DNA from: Patescibacteria group bacterium
Lineage (GTDB): Bacteria; Patescibacteriota; Minisyncoccia; UBA6257; JACRHW01
DNA: 64,000 nt
Reading direction: 5' to 3'
NCBI GenBank assembly: GCA_028865725.1
Contig: JAGWJP010000003.1
Span: forward strand, 65,697-129,696
Part shown: piece after piece, positions 56,330-64,000 of the stretch
Numbering within the stretch: position 1 is the stretch's first letter
Layout of the letters: every line of letters starts with the position of its first letter
Notes under the pieces: generated by a model
Databases searched by the model: none
Told to the model about the DNA's origin: nothing
The model's input: the letters and a program-made list of their open reading frames with translations, nothing else
Position numbers and translations under genes: made by a program

Positions 56330-57508
56330 ATGAATAGGGAACGAACGATCAATGTCGTGGTAGATCAGAGCGTTATTCCGCACTATCGAATACCTTTTTT
56401 CCAAAAACTTTCTGAAAAGGTGAATCTTATTGTCCTTGCTAATGAAGATATAAGTGGTCATGGCATTAAAGATATACAGGAAAATCTTCCTTTCCGGACG
56501 CTGCGTCTTAAGGAGGAAGTTCCTGGCTCCGGTGTGCATATCGGTCTTTTTGATATATTTCAGAAAGAATGTACTGACGTGTATGTGACGAATGGAGCCC
56601 TTTTGAGTACGCTTCTTTTTAAATCAGTTTCTTATAAAAAAATGAGAGATGCGGGGGTGGGAATTGTGTGGATGGGATGCGACGGATATCGTGTAAGAAA
56701 TTTTGGATATGAAAAAATGAGGCGTCTTTTTCCTTGGAATATCAAGGATACTTATCGCTGGTTTCGTGAGTGGATTACCGCGATGAGAACCGACACATTT
56801 GTGACGTATTCCTCGCATACCGCGTTATATCTCGAACGTGTTTTAGGGATATCTCCTCGCCGTATCACTGTTGGATACAACGCGATTGATACCGAGGGCC
56901 TTTCTCGTGCGTATCTCGAATTACAAGCACAAGGTAGGGTGCGGAAAAAGAATCGCATTGCATATGTCGGAAGATTAATTCCAGAAAAGCGCGTTGACCT
57001 TCTTTTTAGTGCATTTGCGCGCATCCTCCATGATTATCCCGATGCTGAATTGATAGTAATTGGCGAGGGCCCCGAAAAGAGGGTATTGGAGGAATTCGCG
57101 CAGAACCTTTCTCTTCAAAACAACATTTTGTTTTGTGGCGGTATTTATTCTGATCAAGAAATGGCTCATTATCTCTATGAGGCTTCCTTGTTAGTTTTGC
57201 CCGGACTTGGCGGGCTTGCTCTCAATACTGGCATGGCAATGGGGCTTCCTATCATATGCGCACATGGAGATGGTACTGAAGAAGATTTTGTTCTTTCAGG
57301 TCAGAACGGATGGCGTTTTGATGGGACCGAGGAAGGGCTTGTACGGTCTTTGCGCGAGGCATTTTCTGATTCGGAACGTAGGGAGAAAATGGGAAAAAAG
57401 TCATTTCATATGATTCGCGATTACTATAACCTTGAACGAATGGTTGAGGGATACCTACGAGGAATTCAAATTGCGTTTTATGCAAAAGAAAAAAGAAAAT
57501 CTCTATGA
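56330..57508 (+). CDS. Glycosyltransferase family 4
   Basis: YVGRLIPEKRVD, IGEGP, GLGGLA...MAMGLPII. Confidence 0.9.
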   Translation: MNRERTINVVVDQSVIPHYRIPFFQKLSEKVNLIVLANEDISGHGIKDIQENLPFRTLRLKEEVPGSGVHIGLFDIFQKECTDVYVTNGALLSTLLFKSVSYKKMRDAGVGIVWMGCDGYRVRNFGYEKMRRLFPWNIKDTYRWFREWITAMRTDTFVTYSSHTALYLERVLGISPRRITVGYNAIDTEGLSRAYLELQAQGRVRKKNRIAYVGRLIPEKRVDLLFSAFARILHDYPDAELIVIGEGPEKRVLEEFAQNLSLQNNILFCGGIYSDQEMAHYLYEASLLVLPGLGGLALNTGMAMGLPIICAHGDGTEEDFVLSGQNGWRFDGTEEGLVRSLREAFSDSERREKMGKKSFHMIRDYYNLERMVEGYLRGIQIAFYAKEKRKSL

Positions 57509-58749
57509 AAAAAGAACTACTGAGAAAAAAAATAGTCGTGGTGGGAATGGGATACATTGGTTTTCCTACTGCAGTGCTTTTTGCAAAGGCGGGGTTTGTC
57601 GTGTGCGGTGTTGATATCGATTCAAAAAAAATTGATATGTTATCTCGCGGAATTTCTCCTTTTGAAGAGCCTGGACTGAATGAAGCATTTCGTCTTGCAA
57701 AAAATAGGATGACGTTTTCAACAGAAATCGAGAGTGGGGATGTCTATATTATTGCAGTTCCCACCCCTCTCGATACAAAAAGACACAAGGCGGATCTTTC
57801 GTTTGTGAAAGCGGCTTCTCATTCTGTTGCCTCAGTGCTTACTGAGGGCGCTCTTGTGGTACTTGAATCAACTGTGCCTCCAGGAACTGCAGAAAAGCTT
57901 TGTCATCCCATCTTTCAAAAAAAGACAAACCGATATTATTTGGCACATGCTCCTGAGCGGGCATTTCCCCAAAAAACACTTTTTGAAATGGTACAGAATG
58001 ACAGAATCATCGGAGGTTCTACCAAAGACGCAGGGGAGTATGCAAAAAAGATATATGGTTCTTTTGTCAAAGGATCCATCATTCTTACCGATGCTACTAC
58101 CGCTGAATTTGTGAAAGTTTTAGAAAACAGTTTTCGAGATGTAAATATCGCTTTTGCAAATGAAGTGGCAAAGGTGTGTGAGGGGATTGGTGTCAATGTG
58201 TGGGAAGCTATTAGTCTTGCAAACCGCCATCCTCGCGTGAATATTTTAAATCCTGGTCCTGGTGTAGGAGGACATTGCATCGCTGTTGATCCATGGTTTT
58301 TACTTGAAGGAGGTGTTCCCTCGCGTTTTATCAAACTTGCGCGTGAAATTAATGATGCTGCTCCTGATCGCGTAGTGCGTATGATCCAACAAAGCGTGAA
58401 AGGGATCAATAACCCCGTGATTGGCATTTTGGGGGTGGCCTATAAAAAAAATATTGATGATAGCAGAGAAACGCCCGCCAAACATATTATTGAAACACTG
58501 AAAAAAAGGGGATACGCCGTATATATCCACGATCCCTTTGTTAAAAAATTTGATGTTCCATTAGATTCGTTACAGTCGACGCTCTCCAAGAGCAACTGTC
58601 TTGTTCTCGTTACTGATCATGATAACTATCGAAAACTGGATTTTAAAAATTACAAGAATATAACACATATTGTGGATACAAGAAATTTTTTTCATAATGT
58701 ACCGCCCCATATCAGGCTCATTACATTAGGCACGCCATTTCATTTATGA
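57505..58749 (+). CDS. wecC: UDP-N-acetyl-hexosamine 6-dehydrogenase (WecC-like)
   Basis: GMGYIG, AVPTP, LESTVPPG, ENSFRDVNIAFANE, PGPGVGGHCIAVDP. Confidence 0.88.
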   Translation: MKKELLRKKIVVVGMGYIGFPTAVLFAKAGFVVCGVDIDSKKIDMLSRGISPFEEPGLNEAFRLAKNRMTFSTEIESGDVYIIAVPTPLDTKRHKADLSFVKAASHSVASVLTEGALVVLESTVPPGTAEKLCHPIFQKKTNRYYLAHAPERAFPQKTLFEMVQNDRIIGGSTKDAGEYAKKIYGSFVKGSIILTDATTAEFVKVLENSFRDVNIAFANEVAKVCEGIGVNVWEAISLANRHPRVNILNPGPGVGGHCIAVDPWFLLEGGVPSRFIKLAREINDAAPDRVVRMIQQSVKGINNPVIGILGVAYKKNIDDSRETPAKHIIETLKKRGYAVYIHDPFVKKFDVPLDSLQSTLSKSNCLVLVTDHDNYRKLDFKNYKNITHIVDTRNFFHNVPPHIRLITLGTPFHL

Positions 58750-59939
58750 ATATTCTTCAGATAGGAACAATTGATAATGCGGGCGGTGCGGCTCGCGTAT
58801 CTTGGAACTTGAAGACTTCTCTCGAAAAGAAGGGGCATACCACCTCGATGTTTGTGGCCTGGAAGTACTCAAAGGATGAGAATGTATTTTCGATTCCGCG
58901 CTATCCTCAGCAGGAACGTATCAGCAAGATTTTTGCAAATGATATCGATTTGTACGCTACTGATTATATTTTAGAAACTGATGCGTTTTTGAACGCGGAT
59001 ATTGTACATTGCCATAATCTTCACGGGTACTATTTTAATTTAGGAACTCTCGTGAAAATGGCAAAGAAGAAACCCGTCGTATGGACCCTGCATGATATGT
59101 GGGCGATTACGCCCCACTGTGCGCACGCATTTGATGGCGCGCTGCGCGATGGATTTTTTACGTGTCCGAGCATTGATATCTATCCCCAGATTTATTGGAA
59201 TAATGCAGGGTATCTTAAAAAAAGAAAAGCATCGCTGTATCGTACACTGGGGGTTCACCTCGCGGTTCCTTCGCGGTGGCTTAAGGAAAAAGTTTCCAAA
59301 AGTATTTTGCATGATAAGCCCGCCTCGCTTATTTACAATGGCATTGATACGGATATTTTCGTGCGTAAGGAAAAAAGTGATGCGCGGAAAGAACTTGAAT
59401 TGCCTGCACGCAAAAAAATAATCTTATTTCTTGCTTCAGGGGGAAAGAATGACCCTAAAAAAGGATGGCGTTATGCAGAAGAAGCGATGCGTTATTACGA
59501 ACATGATCCTGATATTTTATTTTTGTGCATAGGAGGTTCTGAAGAAGATCGTGCAGGCTCAAATGAGCATATTCGATTTATTCCTCGCGTTGATCATGAT
59601 GAGATGCTTGCATCATATTATTCCGCATCCGATGTGTTTTTATTTACGTCAGTTGCTGAAAATTTTCCCCTCGTTGTTTTAGAAGCAATGAGTTGCGGTT
59701 TGCCGATTGTGAGTTTTGATGTAGGCGGCGTGAAGGAGGCTGTTCTCCATAAAGAGAACGGGTTCATTGCACCATATCAAAAGATCGAGGATCTTATGGA
59801 AGGAATTCATTACGTGTTAGGATTGAGTACTCATGAGCGCGAGACGATGGCCGCAGCATCGTTCAAGCGCGTGCGGAACTATTTCACCCTAGATCGCATG
59901 GTCGATGAGTACTTAGCACTCTATTCCTCATTGTTATGA
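58746..59939 (+). CDS. Glycosyltransferase family 4 (WcaC-like)
   Basis: GGAAR, HNLHG, WTLHDMW, ENFPLVVLEAMSCG. Confidence 0.9.
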   Translation: MNILQIGTIDNAGGAARVSWNLKTSLEKKGHTTSMFVAWKYSKDENVFSIPRYPQQERISKIFANDIDLYATDYILETDAFLNADIVHCHNLHGYYFNLGTLVKMAKKKPVVWTLHDMWAITPHCAHAFDGALRDGFFTCPSIDIYPQIYWNNAGYLKKRKASLYRTLGVHLAVPSRWLKEKVSKSILHDKPASLIYNGIDTDIFVRKEKSDARKELELPARKKIILFLASGGKNDPKKGWRYAEEAMRYYEHDPDILFLCIGGSEEDRAGSNEHIRFIPRVDHDEMLASYYSASDVFLFTSVAENFPLVVLEAMSCGLPIVSFDVGGVKEAVLHKENGFIAPYQKIEDLMEGIHYVLGLSTHERETMAAASFKRVRNYFTLDRMVDEYLALYSSLL

Positions 59940-60763
59940 ACACTCCAAAGATTTCCATTGTGACGGCTTCATTTAATTCGATAGATTATATTGAAAATGC
60001 GATTCAAAGCGTACTCGGCCAAGATTATCCCTATATTGAATATATTGTAAGGGATGGCGGATCAACCGATGGGACGCTTGAGATTTTGAAAAAATATGAA
60101 GGGAAGTTGCGATGGGTTTCGGAGCCGGACAAAGGAATTTACGATGCGCTCAATAAAGGATTTGCCCAAGCATCTGGTGATGTATTTACGTGGCTTGATT
60201 CAGATAATTGTTATGAAACACACGAGGTCATTTCGCGCGTTGCAGATGCATTTCGGGGAGGAAAAAAAGCAGACATTGTTCTTACCAATGGGATGCTGCA
60301 CTATCCTGATCATGGCGAATCTGTACTTGTAGATTCACCTGTGCTCTCATTTAATGAGTTACTCGTACATGGAAACGCCTTTATGCCGGAGAGCGTATTT
60401 TATACGCGGGAACTTTTTCAAAGAGCTGGTGCGTTAAACCTTTCTTACCGTCTTATTGCTGATTATGAATTGTGGCTTAAAATGTGGAAGTTGAACCCAA
60501 CCATAGTGAAACTGCCGTTTGTAAGCGCAGTATACACGGTAAGAAATGAGGCGTTGTTGCGCAAGAATCCATTTCTTGCGTGGCAGGAAACTTTTCGAAT
60601 AGGAGCATATTATCGCCGTCCTCTTACGGCCCGCATGCGCATACGTGCCCAATATGTCTGGGAACGTGTTAAGTTCCCATTCTATAAATTTCTTATGTCA
60701 CAACCTGTGCTCTACGCGTTCTATAAAAATTCAGTACGCCGTTTTCTTAAGAATATATATTAA
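59936..60763 (+). CDS. Glycosyltransferase family 2 (WcaE-like)
   Basis: DGGSTDGT, SEPDKGIYDALNKG, ADYELW. Confidence 0.92.
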   Translation: MNTPKISIVTASFNSIDYIENAIQSVLGQDYPYIEYIVRDGGSTDGTLEILKKYEGKLRWVSEPDKGIYDALNKGFAQASGDVFTWLDSDNCYETHEVISRVADAFRGGKKADIVLTNGMLHYPDHGESVLVDSPVLSFNELLVHGNAFMPESVFYTRELFQRAGALNLSYRLIADYELWLKMWKLNPTIVKLPFVSAVYTVRNEALLRKNPFLAWQETFRIGAYYRRPLTARMRIRAQYVWERVKFPFYKFLMSQPVLYAFYKNSVRRFLKNIY

Positions 60764-60774
60764 AAACTCTCTCA

Positions 60775-61725
60775 ATGCTTACGCTGCTTACCCATCCTCC
60801 CGCCTCATCAGTGCGCAATTCCGTTTTGTTCTTCAAACGGCGTGTGCGCGGCATTTTATTTTTTGTGTTTCGGAGACGGCCGGTAATGCCATACTATGGC
60901 CCATCTCTTGTGGCACAAAGTTTATGTAAAGGATTGAGTGAACTTGGTGAATCTTTTTTGCTGGATCCCGCTGAGAAACATATTTCCCGTGTCGTAGGTG
61001 TATTGAGCGGTAGCGACACGTTGCAGTGGGCGCTTGAGGCCAAACGAAGGGGAGCGATTACACATATTCTGGCAGGTCCGAACATTGTTGTGCTTCCCAT
61101 TGATGAAGGTAAAATTCTTCTTTCGCAGGAGATTGATCATGTGATTGTGAACTCCGAATGGGTTAAGAATCTTTATCTTCGCATTGCACCGACATTACAA
61201 GAAAAGATGAGCGTGTGGGCTGCAGGATCTGATGAAATGCCTTCTGGACAAGGAGGAAATACGTTGCTTATCTATAAAAAGAATGTTCCTGAAGAATTGT
61301 TTCATTATGTGGTTGGCTGTTTGAGGCAAGAGGGCGTGCCATTTCGTGTTCTTGCATATGGTTCATATATGCCTGAAGAATTTGATGCGCTTCTTCGGCA
61401 ATCACGTGGAATGGTGTATCTTACTGATTTTGAGAGCCAGGGGATGGCGCTTCAACAGGCATGGATGCGCAATGTTGCAACCCTTGTGTGGAATCCTGGC
61501 GTGTACATGATGCACGGAGAACATGTGCCTGCATCGAGTGCGCCGTATCTTACTTCGGAATGTGGGTTATTTTTTCGCGGAAAAGATGATTTTAAAGAGA
61601 TGTTGCATATGTTTTTATCGCATCTTTCTTTTTTTATCCCTCAAATCTATGCGCGGAAGTTGCTTTCTCATCGTGTTTCCGCCCGTCATTATTTGGATAT
61701 CGTACAAAAAAATGGTTATCTATAA
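60775..61725 (+). CDS. Putative glycosyltransferase (GT-B)
   Basis: ESQGMALQQAW resembles the GT4 ExxGxxxxEA motif; locus context. Confidence 0.65.
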   Translation: MLTLLTHPPASSVRNSVLFFKRRVRGILFFVFRRRPVMPYYGPSLVAQSLCKGLSELGESFLLDPAEKHISRVVGVLSGSDTLQWALEAKRRGAITHILAGPNIVVLPIDEGKILLSQEIDHVIVNSEWVKNLYLRIAPTLQEKMSVWAAGSDEMPSGQGGNTLLIYKKNVPEELFHYVVGCLRQEGVPFRVLAYGSYMPEEFDALLRQSRGMVYLTDFESQGMALQQAWMRNVATLVWNPGVYMMHGEHVPASSAPYLTSECGLFFRGKDDFKEMLHMFLSHLSFFIPQIYARKLLSHRVSARHYLDIVQKNGYL

Positions 61726-61730
61726 GTAAT

Positions 61731-62405
61731 ATGGAACATATTCGACTTCATTTGGGGTGTGGTATGCATTATCTTGAAGGATATACTAATGTTGATCTAC
61801 CCTCCGCAGAACAGACGGTAATGCATTCAAGGGCGGATATCTATAAGGATATTCGTGAACTTGCCTATGCGGATAACTCAGTGGATGAAATTCGGAACCA
61901 TCATCTCCTCGAGCATTTTTCTCGGCAAGAAGCGCTTAAACTTTTGTTTCAATGGCGAAGATGGTTGCGGCCCGGTGGGTTGCTCTTTGTAGAGACGCCT
62001 GATTTTGAGCGTGGAGTGCAAGATTTCGTTCAGGCGAATTTGTTGGAAAAATTTGTGATTGCGCGGCATCTTTTTGGGTCGCAGGAATCGCATTGGGCGT
62101 TTCATAAGGATTTTTGGGGCGAGGAGAAGTTTCGCTTTGTACTTGGACAGCTTGGGTTTGAAAATATTGTATGTGAGCCAAAAACATTGTATACGAGCAA
62201 ATATATTCCTGACCGGCTTTCCCATGTGGCACGGAAGATCATGCCGGAACAGGTAGATCCCTTGCACAACATTATCGTGAAAGCCAATAAATCTTCTCGT
62301 GATATTGATGAAATGGCGGTAGCGCGGAACATTCTCTCATTGTCGCTTCTTGGTAAAGAGGAAGAGATCTTAGAAGTATGGATGCAGGAATTCAAAAAGG
62401 ATTAG
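61731..62405 (+). CDS. Methyltransferase-domain protein
   Basis: LHLGCG..YLEGY.NVD, HLLEH, W.RWLRPGG.L. Confidence 0.85.
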   Translation: MEHIRLHLGCGMHYLEGYTNVDLPSAEQTVMHSRADIYKDIRELAYADNSVDEIRNHHLLEHFSRQEALKLLFQWRRWLRPGGLLFVETPDFERGVQDFVQANLLEKFVIARHLFGSQESHWAFHKDFWGEEKFRFVLGQLGFENIVCEPKTLYTSKYIPDRLSHVARKIMPEQVDPLHNIIVKANKSSRDIDEMAVARNILSLSLLGKEEEILEVWMQEFKKD

Positions 62406-63169
62406 TGTCGGTTATCATACCGACATACAATAACGCAGAATACATCGCAGATGCAATTGATTCCGTATGTAAGCAGACCTATAAAAATTATGAAATCATA
62501 GTCATCGATGATGGTTCTTCCGATTTTTCTGAAGCGGTGATCCGTCATTATCATTCTTCTTCTCTTTACTATGAACGTATCGCGCATGAAGGTGTTTCTG
62601 TTGCCAGAAATGTCGGAGTTCAAAACGCGCATGGAGAGTTTGTTGCATTTCTTGATGCCGATGACATATGGTTTCCTGAAAAACTTGAAATACAGTTGCC
62701 TGTTTTTCAAAATCCATGCGTAGGGCTTGTGTATTCAGACATGGAATTTTTTGGAAACGCGTTTCCGTTTCATACATATTCTGAGATGACGAAACATGCG
62801 AATCGAGCCGATAGCATCAAAAGTCTTCTCTGGAGAAATTATATTGGTACCTCTTCTGTGTTGATGAGGAGAGAAGTCTTTGATAAAGCAGGAGGTTTTC
62901 CGGTAGGAGTTTCTATCGGAGAAGATTATCTCTTGTGGCTTTCGGCATTTCTTATTTCGCAAGGAAAAGGGGTTGTGAAACCTCTGGTACGTTACAGAAT
63001 CCACGATAAACAATCTTCTCGCGGGAGAACAAAAAATTATAAGGCGCTTTTCATGTGCTATCGTTCGCTTTTGAACGATCGTCGTTTTCGTGCCTATTGG
63101 TATATTGTTCTCGTCAGATATTTAGTGTATGGTTTAAAATATAGTCTAGCAGCAGCACTACATCTATGA
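62378..63169 (+). CDS. Glycosyltransferase family 2
   Basis: [33 protein letters not shown]. Confidence 0.92.
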   Translation: MDAGIQKGLVSVIIPTYNNAEYIADAIDSVCKQTYKNYEIIVIDDGSSDFSEAVIRHYHSSSLYYERIAHEGVSVARNVGVQNAHGEFVAFLDADDIWFPEKLEIQLPVFQNPCVGLVYSDMEFFGNAFPFHTYSEMTKHANRADSIKSLLWRNYIGTSSVLMRREVFDKAGGFPVGVSIGEDYLLWLSAFLISQGKGVVKPLVRYRIHDKQSSRGRTKNYKALFMCYRSLLNDRRFRAYWYIVLVRYLVYGLKYSLAAALHL

Positions 63170-64000
63170 AAAAGGCACTTATTACTGGGGCCGGAGGATT
63201 AATAGGGTCTGAAGCCGTTTCTTTTTTTTGCGAGCAGGGTTTTGATGTGACAGGGGTGGATAATGATATGCGGAGTTATTTTTTTGGGCCCCAAGGGAGT
63301 ACTGCCTCTAGAATTACTGGACTTCTTGCCACCTATACTAATTTTAGGCACCATGCGATCGATATTCGTGATCGTGGGAAGCTCGAAGAACTTTTTAAGA
63401 CCAACTCTTTTGATTTGATAATTCATACCGCCGCACAGCCTTCGCATGACTGGGCGGTTAAAGAACCATTTACCGACTTTACCATAAACGCGAATGGCAC
63501 CCTGCACATGTTGGAATTTACTCGCTTATATTCGCCACACGCTGCGTTTATTTTTACCTCGACAAATAAAGTGTATGGAGACCGTCCAAACACCTTGCCG
63601 CTTGTAGAATTGGAAAAACGGTATGAAATTGCAGAAGCACACCCCTATTACAAAGGAATTGATGAAACAATGTCTATTGATGACAGTTTGCACAGCATAT
63701 TTGGAGCTTCAAAAGTTGCCGCAGATGTGTTAGTTCAGGAGTACGGAAAATATTTTGGCATGAAGACAGCGGTGTTCCGCGGAGGATGTTTAACGGGCCC
63801 CTCGCATCAAGGAGTTGAACTTCATGGGTTTTTAAATTATCTTGTGCGCTGTATTTTGGGCGGAAAAAAGTACACTATTTTTGGATATAAAGGAAAGCAA
63901 GTTCGCGATAATATTCATTCCAAGGATTTAATCCGCGCCTTCGCCGCTTTTTATGAACATCCGCGTTCGGGCGAAGTATATAACGCCGGCGGCGGGCGAC
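63166..64000 (+). CDS. NAD-dependent epimerase/dehydratase (CDP-paratose 2-epimerase-like), 3' truncated by the window
   Basis: Hand translated [16 protein letters not shown]...AAQPSHDWA...TSTNKVYGD...FGASKVAAD...GKQVRDNIH; overlaps the upstream stop (ATGA). Confidence 0.88.
   Translation, partial: MKKALITGAGGLIGSEAVSFFCEQGFDVTGVDNDMRSYFFGPQGSTASRITGLLATYTNFRHHAIDIRDRGKLEELFKTNSFDLIIHTAAQPSHDWAVKEPFTDFTINANGTLHMLEFTRLYSPHAAFIFTSTNKVYGDRPNTLPLVELEKRYEIAEAHPYYKGIDETMSIDDSLHSIFGASKVAADVLVQEYGKYFGMKTAVFRGGCLTGPSHQGVELHGFLNYLVRCILGGKKYTIFGYKGKQVRDNIHSKDLIRAFAAFYEHPRSGEVYNAGGGR

Overview
Chromosomal segment of a small-genome bacterium. Gene content and style (minimal type IV pilus operon, TrmB-like regulator, lamin-tail protein, MurE with a DEDPY motif, TGA used as stop) suggest Patescibacteria/CPR, probably Parcubacteria; this is an inference. 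From left to right: dnaN 3' end, dciA-like gene and PBP1A; nusA-tig-clpP and tRNA-Gly; a 7-gene type IV pilus operon; tyrS; about 1.5 kb of ORF-poor, heavily structured DNA with two divergent consensus promoters next to a TrmB-like regulator and SOD; a GHKL-like/HExxH fusion protein; an intact IS1595-family element (18-bp TIRs, 8-bp TSD) with passenger genes and a structured non-coding segment, inserted into the last codons of ruvC; yebC, ruvB, a 6S-RNA-like hairpin and a second PilB; tsaE-polA-holA, rpsT, ruvA-murE; and, from about 37.5 kb to the end, a large surface-polysaccharide locus (GDP-fucose, Wzm/Wzt, nonulosonic acid pathway, methyl/formyl transferases, glycosyltransferases). The strongest candidates for something undescribed are non-coding: two mirror-image transcription units (promoter, rod hairpin, strong SD, micro-ORF) plus a multi-domain RNA at 15.9-17.25 kb, and the structured RNA inside the IS1595 element. 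All calls come from reading motifs by eye; no searches or folding computations were run.
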